Assembly: GCF_006345805.1 (NCBI RefSeq)
Contig: NC_043001.1
Coordinates: 27,900,001 to 27,964,000, forward strand
Direction of reading: 5' to 3'
DNA length: 64,000 nt
Source: Octopus sinensis
Taxonomy: Eukaryota
Positions 13,835-26,965 of this stretch are shown piece after piece. The position numbers were made by a program, and so were the translations under genes. Under the pieces are notes generated by a model. That model made no database searches, was not told the DNA's origin, and saw only the letters and a program-made list of their open reading frames with translations. How positions within the stretch are numbered: position 1 is the first letter of the stretch; every line of letters starts with the position of its first letter.

Positions 13835-13868
13835 TTTGACGTTTCGAACAATATTTCTTCGTCAACAA
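13835..13868 (-). ncRNA. Degenerate minimal hammerhead-like motif
   Basis: Minus: UUGACGA-A-GAA-AUAUUG-UUC-GAAA-CG-UC; C3U change, helix I not evident. Confidence 0.4.
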
Positions 13869-14089
13869 TAAAACGAAAAAGGAAAAAAATGCAGTAGAAA
13901 AGAAAAACCCTCTTCTAACGCTGTATCGTAAGGTAGAAGGTGTGGCTATTCGTGGTTAAAATAGGAAAATAAAATATTTTCATTTCATAAAATATACTTA
14001 AACTGAATAAAAAATAAATGGAAATTTAAAAGATAAAATATGAAGGTATCTAAACAAACACAATTGAACTTGTGAATAAGGTATGGGTT

Positions 14090-14275
14090 GTTGCCGCTGT
14101 TTAGCCCAGACCAGCTGTAATCGAGCAGATTGATGATAAAAGACAACTAAGCTGTGACTATATGCAGAACTGTACATTTTCATGGTTACTTCCTATAATT
14201 TTTAAAGTCAGTATGGTGTAATTTGAAGACAGCTTAACTGGTATTTCTAAGAAGTCGAGTGGACACGTGATCTCT
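14090..14275 (-). mobile_element. Family G short interspersed repeat with (AAC)n-type tail; other copies ~32570-32740, ~40770-40955, ~59300-59400
   Basis: Shared GTGATTTGA.GG.GATTTGG.TGCTATTTC and TTTAGCCC..G..CAG...ATCGAGCAGA..TATGAT.AAA blocks. Confidence 0.6.
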
Positions 14276-14399
14276 CTCGCTCTCTCCCTGTTTCTCCTTT
14301 AATGTTTACATATATATTTCGATATTATACAGTCTCTAACTCTATTACTAGACTGGATATCTATACGAGTACATTTTTCATTCTCAGATATCTAATTTA

Positions 14400-14580
14400 T
14401 TGTGGGCTATTTGGTTAAAAAGCTCGTTTTGCTGCTCCATGGTTTCCGGCTAAGTCCCTCTATACAGCACTTTGGACAAGTGTCTTCTTCAACAGAGCTG
14501 GGCCGGCCAAAGTGACCCTTCAATGTGGTGCCTCAGTATGGTCGCAGTCCAATGATTGAAACAAGTAAAAGATGAAAGAT
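14400..14580 (+). mobile_element. SINE family B, degenerate
   Basis: GCACTTTGGACAAGTGTCTTC...CAGTATGGTCGCAGTCCAATGATTGAAACAAGTAAAAGA. Confidence 0.7.
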
Positions 14581-15709
14581 ATATAAATATATATTTGATA
14601 CTGAAGCTTCTTGTTCTCTTTCTGCCTCTCTTTTTTATTATCTCCCTCTTTCTCTATACGTTTAATTTTCCACTATAAAGAATTTCTCTTTCCTCTTCTT
14701 TTCCACCCACAATTTTGTTTTATCATATTCATTCCTTTCTTTGCTCTTGAGCGTTTTGTACCTAGTTTAATAACCTTTTCAATCCAAATTCCCTTATATA
14801 CACGAAATCCTTTTAGGATTATCTAATCCCGTCATTCCGTATACTATCCACTCATTATACATTTCTATTCTTTATTCTGCACTTGTAAAATCGGAGTACT
14901 CAGTATTCTCTCTATCCGTCAAACTCATCATCAACAGCTTAAACCGGCGATGGCAAATTGGCAGGATGACTATGGCAGTTGTTGCTTCGGGAGAATAGTT
15001 CTTTGCAAATGGACGAATAAAAAAGGAAAAATCAAAATGAAGGAATAGAAAGGGAGGTAATAAAAAACTACTGAACCAAAAGCAAACAAATCCATGATAA
15101 GGGCGTACAAATTGAAAAAAAAGGAACTATACAATACAATATAATATTATACAATATCTGTGTGTATGTCTGTAATAGGAAGAAATATAAATGGTATGTC
15201 CAACTCTCAGATAATGTCGAAGGACGAAACCATGAATAATGCAGCGAAGAAGAGCTAATATTGCTTGTCACATTTTGATTCAAGGAAAATGGAAGGAGCT
15301 AGTTAACCGGTAGGGGGCGAGGTAGTGAGGGAGGACACTGAAGCAAGAAAAAAATCACAGGCAAAAAGCGAGAGAAGGAGAGAGGGTAACAGCGATATAC
15401 ATATATGTATATATATATATAAATTATATGTTTATATATGAATATATATATATGTGCGTGCGCGTGTATGTGTGTGTATATATGTATGCATACGTATGTG
15501 TAAAATACATATACATATATATGTATTATATGTAAAAATATATATATGATATATAACATATATACAAGTTTATATGATGTATAGCATATATATAAATATA
15601 CATAATATACACTTATATGCATATTGTACATACGTAATGCTGTATATATCTATCAGTCAGCCTGTCTGTGTATCTCTACGCCTATCTGCGTATCTATCTA
15701 TCTATCTTT

Positions 15710-15989
15710 CTTTCCACGGGTAAACCTCACCTGTCCTCCCCTTTACACTTCATATTGACATTTCTGTGATAACGATCCCTATTGATCAATTTTTTTTCCT
15801 CTCCCCCCCTTTTAAAAAAAATTTTTTTAACACCCCCTTTCTTTTGTCCTCTTTCTCTCCTTTACGATCCCTTTTGATCGAAACTCCCCCTTCCTTTTTT
15901 TTTTTTTTTTTTTTTTTAAACATTCAAAGAAAGCTCTACCTTGTAATTTGTTCTATCTGTGTGCAGCCCTGTGTGGCTAATAAAGAAAC
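15710..15989 (+). mobile_element. Family F copy 2, flanked by (TATC)n-like repeats
   Basis: ACGATCCCTTTTGATCGAAAC...AAAGCTCTACCTTGTAATTTG...GCAGCCCTGTGTGGCTAATAAAGAAA. Confidence 0.75.
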
Positions 15990-16241
15990 GATCTAATCTA
16001 TCTATCAAGTGAGTGTGAGGGAAAGAAAAAGCGAGATTGGAAAGATTGTCACAGTGAGAGAGAAAAAATGGCAAAAGTCTGAAAACTGCGAGAGAATATA
16101 TGGAAGAAGGAAAAATAAGAAGGCGATAGCAAAATTCTATGGAAGAATAACTTGGTAAGTGTGAGTAGGTAAGTGAAGAAGAGTGATGGACTGAGAAGAA
16201 AAGTGTATATGTGTGTGTTTGTGTGTATGTGTATGTATATC

Positions 16242-16278
<37 letters not shown>

Positions 16279-16408
16279 TTGTGTGTGTATATATATGTAT
16301 ATATATGTATGTATATGCATGTATATATGTATACGTATCAATGTACACACGCACACACACATATATACATATATATATATGTATATAAGTATATATAGAT
16401 ATTATATA

Positions 16409-16459
<51 letters not shown>

Positions 16460-16562
16460 TATATATAAGATTTAAGAAGAAGTACAACAGACAGCAAGAG
16501 GGAGAAAGAATATATTAAATCGCATGAGTAGAAATACTACAAAATAAGACAGAGAAAGAGAA

Positions 16563-16602
<40 letters not shown>

Positions 16603-16863
16603 CAGAGAGAGAGAGAATTAGTTATTGCAAATGTGTAGCCCAACTGTGTCCCAATTACATAGGCAAGTAAAAGGAAACGTGTTGGAGAAACGCATGGTTT
16701 GAGGTTAAAAAAAAAAGTGTAACATGAAAAATAGAGTCCCCTCCCCTCAAAAAAAAAACAACCAAAAAGAATAGCGAAAGGAATATGCATAAAAATCGTC
16801 CTTTAAAATGAGACGTAAAAATACTTTTGAAATAATTATATAATACAGACATACATACATGTC

Positions 16864-16903
<40 letters not shown>

Positions 16904-18295
16904 ACACACATACATACATATATATATATATATAATATATATATATGTATATAAATACACACATATGTATACCTATAATATAAATATGTATATAAATACC
17001 ACACATATTATATACAACATATCTATATAATACACATACATAAATACATAGTACATACATACATATATTATATAATTCTATATATATATATATATATGTA
17101 TATATATGTATATAAATACAACACATATCTATACATATATATGTATATAAATACACACATATATATACACGAATATATATACACGATTATATTATATATA
17201 TATATAGTATAATATATGTGTGTGTGGGGTGTGTATTGTATGCATGAATGTATTTATGCATGCATATGCGTATTTGTATGTGTAGTGAAATGTAATAAAT
17301 GAAAATCGAGGTAAGCGCCACCTATAATTAGACCGTCAATGGAGTTATTGATTAACAAGCGCGGCAACTGCATCACTTCCCCGAAGCCTTGGCTTTAATT
17401 TTCTATCATTTTCTTGTCACAGTCCCTATATTTATGCCATCTTCGAGTCGCCCCCCTCCAACATCTTCTAGATCCCATTTCTCCACGACAGCCTCGACCA
17501 ACCACCCCCGTACTTTCTACTTTCACTTTGTGCAGTCTTTGCTACTTCTTTTCTCTTCCTGACAGTACCACCATTTTCTTCGTTGGAAATCTCTTCGTTG
17601 CTGTCTGCCATTTCATTCTGCCTGCGTATTTGGAATCACCTTTCCCATCACTCACTTCTGCTTAGTTGCTGTTCTTGTAGTTAGAGCGAACTCAACCTTC
17701 TAACATTTCTTCCTTGCTTTTGTTCCTTCATTCGCCCATTCTTTAAGTCATTCTTCCTTTCTTTCTTCAACCATTTTCTTCCTTTATTATTATTTTTTGT
17801 TCTTCCAGATACAATTACATCTTCCAAAAACTCTCGTGCTATCCACGACGCACGCCTCTCAGTGAAACTTTGTCTTCGGTGCTTTCAAAGATAATGACGG
17901 TTGTTAAGTATTCTTCGTGGCGCCAATGTTTCAAATTGATAAACAGCAACAGCACGAAGTACAAGAACAAGAACAAAAATAAAAATGTCCTTCCCAACAA
18001 CAACAACAACAGCAACGGCAGCAGAAGAAGCAGCAGCAGCAGCAGCAGCAGCAGCACATATACAAAGTACAATAAAACAGCAGCCATCATTTGATAAGAT
18101 ACTACTTACAATGTCAAGATTTTGTGAGAAGTTCCATGAAAGAATGATATCAAATTTTGATTCGAATTTCTTTCCGAGAAAGTATATATGTACATATGTT
18201 TGAATTTATACTTGTATAAATGCACACACACCACGTATGTATGTATATCGATGTGTGTGTCTGTTCATATATATATATATATATATGTATATACT

Positions 18296-18521
18296 ATTTT
18301 ACTCTTTTGCTCTGTTTCAGTCATTTGACTGTGGCCATGCTGGAGCACCGCCTTTAGTCGAGCAAATCGACCCCTGGACTTATTCTTTGAAAGCCTAGTA
18401 CTTATTCAATCGGTCTCTTTTGCCGAACCGCTAAGTTACGGGGACGCAAACACCCCAGAATCGGTTGTCAAGCGATGTTGGGGGGACAAACACAGACGTA
18501 CAAACATATACACACACATAC

Positions 18522-18589
<68 letters not shown>

Positions 18590-18765
18590 TGTGTATGTGT
18601 ACGACGGGCTTATTTCAGTTTCCGTCTATCAAATCCACTCACACGGCTTTGGTCGGCCCGAGGCTATAGTAGAAAACACTTGCCCAAGGTGCCACGCAGT
18701 GGCAACTGAACCCGGAACCATGTAGTTGGTAAGCAAGCTACTTACCACACAGCCACTCCTACGCC
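18296..18765 (-). mobile_element. SINE family B, full composite copy
   Basis: Reverse complement of the 6111-6503 head, CORE-like domain and tail, with an internal (TA)/(TG) spacer. Confidence 0.9.
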
Positions 18766-19000
18766 TATATATATATATATAATTCTTATGAAAGAATGTT
18801 GTTGACAGTGACACGGAAATTTCCCTGCTAAGCCATAGTCGGACAATGATCAAGCTGGCTAAAACTTTGAAGTCACTGTCAACAAGATACTTGTTTAAGA
18901 ATGAATTTGTCCTTCAAGAAAATATAGAGTGACTGATCAGCTTAGTACAGAATTGTTTTTACTATATCTGAACATAAAAAGACATGTATGCGTGCATAGT

Positions 19001-19031
<31 letters not shown>

Positions 19032-19218
19032 CGTGCCCGCGTGTGTGTGTGTGTGTGGAAACACACATGTACATGTAAGTACAATTCATGTCGGTATGTA
19101 AAATTCCCTCAGATATGTTTGATAAATTTGTACACGCACAAAAGGAATCCATGATAAGCTTCTCAATACGTTTCTAAGGCAGTATTTGCTACAGAATGAG
19201 TCGGCAGTACTGGATTAG

Positions 19219-19290
<72 letters not shown>

Positions 19291-19374
19291 CATACAAACT
19301 CACACGCACATGTCTTACTACAGCAAGGATATTTTCCAAGACTGGGTAAACGTGTGGAACTCCGGTATAGTAAT

Positions 19375-19560
19375 ATATTTGTTTCTGTCATTGGACTGCG
19401 GCCATGCTGGGGCACTGCATCAAAGACTTTACTCGAACAAATCACTCCAAATATTTATTTAAACTCAGGTACTTATTCTATCTCCCTCTAAAGCAGAATT
19501 GCTTATTTACAGGGGAGGTAAACAAAAAAACAGCGGTTGTCCAGCGGTGCTGGGGACAAG
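19375..19560 (-). mobile_element. SINE family B tail fragment
   Basis: TGTTTCTGTCATTGGACTGCGGCCATGCTGGGGCACTGC. Confidence 0.6.
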
Positions 19561-19665
19561 CATAAATACAAAGGCTCTCTCTTCTCTCACACACACACAC
19601 ACACACACAAACACACGCGCATTCATATATTTATATCTATAAATGTAATCAGTGTTAAATTAATC

Positions 19666-20230
19666 TCAGAACTTGAGGCAATCCAACGAAGCTACACGAA
19701 GAAGAAGCTATTGAAGAAGCTATTGAGAAAGACTCAAGAGGTTAAGACTCTATTCCTTAGAGCGTAGGCGAGAAAGATATGCCATAATATACATCTGGAA
19801 GATCCTGGAAGGACTTGTCCCAAGCTTTGGCATCGAGAGTTACACAAATACTAGAACTGGGCGCCACTGCATATTGCCAAGGACTACAAATTTGCCATCA
19901 ACATGTAGGACAAGATACTGCAATAGCATGGGCTTCAGAGGTCCACAGCTCTTCAGTATCCTCCCGAAGGACCCGAGAAACCTGCATGGGGTGGATGTAG
20001 GTGTCGTCAAAATAAAGCTGGACCTCTTCCAGTCAAGTGTCCCAGATGAGCCAACTTCGCAGCAGTAGGTGCAGATGAGGGCAGCTGCTTCAAACTCTCT
20101 CATACACCAAATGTCAATTCCTAAAAAGCATTCGTGAAGTAAAATTATGTAGCAACACCAAATGTTGGTGCCCCAGCATGGCCACAGCTCGTGGGCTGAA
20201 ACTAGATAAAATAAAAATAAATAAAAATAA
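19666..20230 (+). mobile_element. CR1-group non-LTR retrotransposon 3' fragment (RT C-terminus plus tail)
   Basis: ELEAIQRSYTKK...[29 protein letters not shown]...RTGRHC...GFRGPQLFSILP...VPDEP; tail GGTGCCCCAGCATGGCCACAGC...CTGAAAC. Confidence 0.85.
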
Positions 20231-20873
20231 TAGGAGGATGGAAAATCTCAGGCATTAACATCCTTTAATAAAGATTGCTTGATCGCATTTCATCCGAAGT
20301 GCTTACACACAGCTATTGCTGAAAAATATTTAATTATTATATAGTAATTCCAAAGAATAATCTTATATAATGATAAATAAATGTAAACTCAACAACTTAG
20401 TGCTGGTGTCCGGTGCAGAAACAAATGTTGTGATGTGCTATTAAAATCTTTTATTTTCCATCCTAGTGTTATAATATTGTTATATTAATCATATACTATA
20501 ACGGAGTTCTACATGTTTATCCAGACTTGGAAAATATCCTGCTGTAGAATGACAAGTTGTATCCAATAACGGTATAGGAGATCTTAAATTTAAGTTCCGA
20601 GGTTATTACCAGAGTTATACTAAATACATATATGCATAAATATCATACATACATACATACATACATACATACATACATACATACATACATACATACATAC
20701 ATACGTACGTACATACATACATACATGCATATATATATTTGTGTGTGTTTGTGTGCATGTGTGTGTATGTGTATATTCCTGTATGCGCATTTACATGTAA
20801 GCGTGCGTTTGTAGGTGTGTTTCAAATAGTGTGCTTTTGCGAGTGTGAAAATATGTGTATATATGTATGTATG

Positions 20874-20907
<34 letters not shown>

Positions 20908-20941
20908 TGTATGTATGTATGTATGTATGTATGTATGTATG

Positions 20942-21230
20942 TCGCCGTGGGGCCGTTGCCAGCGCCGCGCCGACTGTCTTCCGTGCCGGTGGCACGTAAA
21001 AAGCACCATCCAATCGTGGCCGTTTGCCAGCCTCGTCTGTGCCGATGGCACGCAAAAAGCACTCACTACACTCATGGAGTGGTTGGCGTTAGGAAGGGCA
21101 TCTAGCCGTAGAAAGATTGCCAGATCAGACTGGGCCTGGTGCAGCCTTCTGGCTTCCCAGACCCCAGTTGAACCGTCCAACCCATGCCAGCATGGAAAGC
21201 GGACGCTAAATGATGATGATGATGATGATG
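20942..21230 (+). mobile_element. SINE family E 3' part with RTE-type tail and (GAT)n end
   Basis: GGTGGCACGTAAAAAGCACC (internally duplicated), GGTTGGCGTTAGGAAGGGCATC, CATGCCAGCATGGAAAGCGGACGCTAAATGATGAT. Confidence 0.75.
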
Positions 21231-21536
21231 ATATATATATATATAACGTACCAAATATATACGTTTTTATTATTATTTTGCAATTTATTTGATCATGGTA
21301 TATTATTGTTATTTTAGTTTTGATATTTCTATTATATGTAATTTCCTAGATGGTGTAATTTAATTGTTCATTTTGAATTGATAAAAGGGTTTTTTTTTCT
21401 AATTTATATATATATATATTATATTTTGTGAAATTTGATTTAGTATTTCTAAATTTAATTTTTCCCTGTATGTTAGGAATAATATTCCCTCAAATTATTT
21501 TATACCTGTATATGTTATATATATATATATATTATA

Positions 21537-21573
<37 letters not shown>

Positions 21574-21620
21574 CGTTGTGTTGTGTGTGTGTGTGGTCTA
21601 TGCGTGTTGTGTGTATATAT

Positions 21621-21651
<31 letters not shown>

Positions 21652-21867
21652 TATATATGCATGTGTTGTATGATTATTTCTGTGTTCTTTCAGTGTTTGT
21701 ACATGTGTTTCCACGTGGGCCAATCCATCTCTATGTGCGTTTGTGTGTGTATCTGTGTGTGTGTATGCGTGTGTATTTAATCAGTTTGCGAAGAAATCAC
21801 TTTTATTACTTTTTCATAAAAAGAAAGTTTTCCTATTTTAGGTTTATTACCGTTGCTGTTGTTGTTG

Positions 21868-21913
<46 letters not shown>

Positions 21914-21925
21914 CATCATCATTAT

Positions 21926-21990
<65 letters not shown>

Positions 21991-22265
21991 TCCTTTAACT
22001 TCTTTTCGCCTCTGATTTTTAATTAAATTCCAACGTTCATTGGTGGAGGAAGGAGCTGGAGAGAGAGAGAGAAAGAGAGGGAGAGTGAGAAAGAGAGAGA
22101 AGGAGAAAGAGAGGGAGGGTGAGAAACAGAGAGGAGAGGAGGGGAGGAAGAGAGAGAGAGAGAGAGTGAGAGAGAGATCCAATATCGAATTTCTTTTCGC
22201 TAATGAATGAGTTAGCAATACTAAAATAAATAAGGTTCTCTGAAACATAGAAACATACGTATATA

Positions 22266-22305
<40 letters not shown>

Positions 22306-22892
22306 AGTGAGTGTGTCTGTGTGTGTGTATGTATGCACACACACGCACACGCACATATATACACACACGCACACACACACATATACACACCCACATATAT
22401 TTATATACACACTCACACATGTTTATACACACATACAAACATTTAAATATGTGTGTATATATATATATATGTGTGTGTGTGTGCGTTTTTGTGTAAATAT
22501 GTACACGTGAATATATATGTAAAACGCACCTTACATGCATTCACATATATTTATGTATGTATATTTCTATGTGTGTATGGCAAGTGTATGTGTACATAGG
22601 CATGTAAACTGCTTTCCAGAACGTAGAAAAACTAATAGGAAAAATATACAGTAATTTCTATCATAAATTAGAAGGAAAACACAGAAAATTAATTTTATAA
22701 AGCGCACGCACCAAATTACATACGCGTATGCATTCAAACTCGTACGCACACAAACGCGTACGCACACGTACATGCGCGCTGGCGCGCAAACAGACTCGCA
22801 TGTCTGCATATGCATACACATAACGAACACGTGTGTAAACAAATGCATGCAAAATGTAAACCTTACCGATGCATCCAACCGTACAAAACGTG

Positions 22893-23128
22893 AAGGCGGC
22901 GAGATGGCAGAAACGTTAGCACGCCGGGCGAAATGCTTAGCAGTATTTCATTTGCCGCTACGTTCTGAGTTCAAATTCCACCGTGGCCGACTTTGCCTTT
23001 CATCCTTTCGGGGTCGATAAATTAAGTACCAGTTACGTACTGGGGTCAATGTAATCGACTTAATACCTATGTCTGTCCTTGTTTGTCCCCTCTATGTTTA
23101 GCCCCTTGTGGGCCGTAAAGAAATAAGA
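22893..23128 (+). mobile_element. SINE family A monomer, tail type 1
   Basis: Full head, core and tail, as at 4778. Confidence 0.9.
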
Positions 23129-23404
23129 ACGTGTATTTAATGGCGTATATTTAAGTATGCGAGAGCACAGTTGTTCGACTTGATAAATTACCAGACAGCG
23201 TACTAGAACTCGGGATTTTGTGCTTATCTTGTCTTGCTGTGCGATCCGTCCATTCTATTTGTCTTTCACATTTAGCTGTTTTATCTAGGCACAGGGACTG
23301 AAATTTGAGAGATGTAGCTATGTCGATTACGTCGACTCCAGTGCCCAAATGGTATTTTTTTTATCGAACCCGAAAAGATGAATGGCAAAGCCAACATCAG
23401 TGGA

Positions 23405-23815
23405 GTGGAATGAGCTGCTGTGAGCACCAGTTAGGGCGTGCCACTCGTGGACCACCACATCGTGTATCAGCACTACCACACCGGCGCCGCCGTTGGTTGT
23501 GCCTTCACTAATCGAGTCACCAGTGTAAAGGAGTACGTCAAGGGAACTGGGTAGGCAACACCTCCGTCAAAGTTTAAATTCATGAAGAAGCCGGATGATA
23601 GAACCGAAGCAGCCCTCTCGAAGGCAGACTTCACAAACATGATACGCTTCCGTAGTGGTCATCATCCGGCACTTAAGCGTCGGCAAAAGATGGCAGGACA
23701 GAGCGACACAGATCAATGCAGACTCTGTAACGAGGAGGTGGAATCTGCAGAACATCTCTGGCTGAGATGTCCGGCCCTGATGGTGGAACGCTATATCCGC
23801 CAACTAGGGGCTAAG
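23405..23815 (+). mobile_element. Non-LTR retrotransposon C-terminal fragment with CCHC zinc knuckle
   Basis: IRFRSGHHPAL...QCRLCNEEVESAEHLWLRCPAL fits the LRxGH...CxxC...ExxEH...CP pattern of I/R1-group ORF2 termini. Confidence 0.7.
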
Positions 23816-23994
23816 TTTTCTTTTCATCAGTGATTCTCAATCGTACTGACTTCATGATTCACTGTTGATGAATATAGTTATTGGTGTGCTTTGTATGACA
23901 GATAAAAGAAAAAGTGCTGGTTCAGTCCATTTGGAAAATCGAAAACAAAAAAAAATTTTCAGTGTTAAAAATTCAGAAAAGAATTGTAGCGCAT

Positions 23995-24140
23995 CGGAGA
24001 AATGCTTAGATGCTTCTCTTCCAGCTCTTTATGTTGTGCGTTCAAATTCCAACGATATCAAATTTGCCTTTCATCCTTTCGGAATCGATACGATAAATAC
24101 TCGTTAAGTGCTGTGGTCGATGTAATCGTCTTTCCTCCTC
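23995..24140 (+). mobile_element. SINE family A, degenerate
   Basis: GCGTTCAAATTCC...TTTGCCTTTCATCCTTTCGG. Confidence 0.7.
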
Positions 24141-24479
24141 CTCTAATATTGCTGGCCATGAGCCAAAATTCCAAGCCATTAACTATTCATGTGTATAACA
24201 TATCACTGATAATGTAATTTTCAAGACACTCAAACATAGATGTTTTAACGTTTAAATTTCATTATAAAAAAATCTGCGGTGCCCTTAGATATCCCATGCA
24301 CCGCGCCGTTTGAGGTTCTGTACTACTTTTCCAAATGAATAACTTCTGAAGTCATCCTTAGTGTGTGGTTAAAGCTGTTTTTCTTTTTTATATATTTGCA
24401 CGACTAAAGTACATTTTTATATAAGAAAGTCTCAAAACCAGATTAGAAACCATTTAGATTAGAAACTATGAAGAAAGAG

Positions 24480-24650
24480 AAATTAAGACGAAAGGAATTC
24501 ATTTGTTTCAGACTTAGAAGAGTCCAGGTTATAAGAAGGAAAGGAGGAAAACAATGAGGTGGAAGAGAATTTCAAAGTGTTGCAGTACGAGGAAAGATGC
24601 TACGACCGTAGAGAAACTGTGACTTAGGGAAGGCATGAGCTGAAGAAAGA
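24480..24650 (-). mobile_element. Degenerate CR1/Zenon-like LINE 3' end
   Basis: Minus: SIFPRTATL*NSLPPHCFP...YNLDS resembles the FFPRTxxLWNSLP..FP..YNL terminus. Confidence 0.5.
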
Positions 24651-25211
24651 TTCTTTACATGTTTTAAGATTTACGAGAAGTCAAATCTTCTTCAAACCAC
24701 ACCCAACCATTGGGGAATACTGATTATGTCGACCCGGACGGTAAGTATAAAAATAAAATAATGTGGTTGAGGCTGCGATGCCTTTGGTCATAGAACAATG
24801 CCGGCGACTAGTTAAAAAACAGCTATAACAGTAACAACTAAGCTTGAATTCAGTGCGACTAATTACTCTGTTGTTCCCAGTCATAACCGACTGATATCTG
24901 ATAAGTCTTCAATAAACATCAAAACAAGCCAGGTCGACTTTTGCTTCTGGCTCGAGAAAAAGAATCTGCGGTTTAATATTAATGATTTCTTTTCACAACG
25001 AGGCTAAAATGGATGTTTACTAAGAATAGAGACTTTTATGTTTAGCTTACATTTTGTGTATATCCTGCCGTTGAGAAGTGCTTTTATTAATTAATACGTG
25101 CACTGTATCACATATATAAATAATGTGTGTACATTGGTATGTAAGTGCGCGTGCGCGTCTGTATGTATGCACATATATACATAAAAACACATACACACAT
25201 ATATGTGTATA

Positions 25212-25251
<40 letters not shown>

Positions 25252-25962
25252 TAGATAGATAGTTAGATAGATAGATATATAGATAGAAGTGCTCATTGTT
25301 TTACCAAAGAGAAAAACTATAATTGTCACTATATACATACATATATATTATATATATATATATATATCAAATATATATATTATATATATATATGTATATG
25401 TATATACACACCCACATACATAGATATACGAAGACAAATACATACATATAAGCATGCCCACATACACACGTACACACACGTAGACACACTTGCACATGTT
25501 CACACATACTCATATATCGAGGCATACGCATAATGCATGCGTAGTATTATTACTAGAAATATGCGCGCATGTGCTGTAGCGGTCGTAGTCCTATCTGAAC
25601 AAGATCAAAACTACAACAACAACAGCGACAACAGCAATAACAACAACAGCAACAACAAAAACGACCCAAAACGAAACGTTATTGTCAACAAAGATAATGA
25701 AAAATAAATGACGTTTCTTTAACGGAACAGTGATTGTCGCGAGAATCACAACGGTTTCTATAGAAATTTCATTCTTGTCAGCGGCCTTTTTTCTTTGACT
25801 AATTAAGATCTTTTCAGCAAACTTCACTCGAATATTTCACTTCCACGCCGCATTCAAGATTTATGTTTTTTTCATATTTCTCTCACATTTATTGTCATCA
25901 AACACTCTTGAAAGCCACTCAGAACCTGGCATATCGCAACCTAACATATCATAAGCCAATCC

Positions 25963-26008
<46 letters not shown>

Positions 26009-26048
26009 CGATATATATGTATGTATGTATATATATATATGTACATAC

Positions 26049-26085
<37 letters not shown>

Positions 26086-26090
26086 TATAA

Positions 26091-26140
<50 letters not shown>

Positions 26141-26337
26141 ACTATACATACCTATAATATATATATATATATATAGCCATACCTATATATATATGTATAT
26201 ATATATCTTTATATACATATATATATATATATGTATGTATGTTTACATGCACACACGCACACACACATACAGACACGCGCGCGCGCGCACACACACACAC
26301 ACACACATATATATACTTATATATATATATATATTTA

Positions 26338-26568
26338 TCAATAATAAAGGGTGAATTTAATTAATTTAGAAATAATCATTAATTTCACCAAGTAGAGTTC
26401 GGCATGTAAAAGCCCCATTCAAGGAAGGTTTAAGTAATATTAAGTAATTAAGGGTTTAGCAACGATTTGCCTCACCACACACCGAATTTAGAAATAGCTG
26501 TCAAAAAGTTTTGGCTATTCTTTCTACTTAAAAGGGAGATCCCAGTAAAACCAAAGCACTTAAAAAGC
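26338..26568 (+). mobile_element. PLE-type terminal-repeat fragment, same family as the block at ~53580
   Basis: ATAATAAAGGGTGAATTTAATTAATT matches the reverse complement of TTAATTAATTTCACCCTTCATTATT at ~53590. Confidence 0.5.
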
Positions 26569-26703
26569 GTCGTTTGCTTTTTAAGTGCTTTGGTTTTACT
26601 GGGATCTCCCTTTTAAGTAGAAAGAATAGCCAAAACTTTTTGACAGCTATTTCTAAATTCGGTGTGTGGTGAGGCAAATCGTTGCTAAACCCTTAATTAC
26701 TTA
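26441..26703. repeat. Perfect inverted repeat: 128-bp arms, 7-nt loop
   Basis: 26441-26568 is the reverse complement of 26576-26703; loop GTCGTTT. Confidence 0.95.
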
Positions 26704-26769
26704 GTATATATATATATTTATATACATATGTGCATATTTATGTTTGTATATAAAGATAATCACAGAAAT

Positions 26770-26965
26770 AATCCGTAACTAGACTCGGAACACATGGGTC
26801 TGTGGTTCAAGTGCTCACTACAACAACGTGGTTTCGGGTTCATTCTCGTTACGCAGCACCTTAGGCAAGTGTTTTCTACAACAGTCTTGGGCCAGCCAAT
26901 GCCGTGCGAATGAACTTGGTAGGTGGAAACTGCGTGGAAGCCAACCGTATATACCATATACGTGT
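26770..26965 (+). mobile_element. SINE family B, degenerate
   Basis: GCAGCACCTTAGGCAAGTGTTTTCTAC...GGTAGGTGGAAACTG. Confidence 0.75.

Noticed and set aside
15861-15885. GATC-CCTTTT-GATC-GAAA in family F as a hammerhead helix II plus GAAA
   Set aside because: The CUGANGA box is missing in all three copies.
17545-17612. Short minus-strand ORF starting MADSNEEISNEENGG (47 aa in total, extending to lower coordinates)
   Set aside because: Short, in low-complexity purine-rich sequence, with no supporting splice or homology evidence.
19111-19130. 19/20 match to the start of miR-190-5p (AGATATGTTTGATAAATTTG)
   Set aside because: No complementary star arm or precursor hairpin on either side; likely chance in AT-rich DNA.
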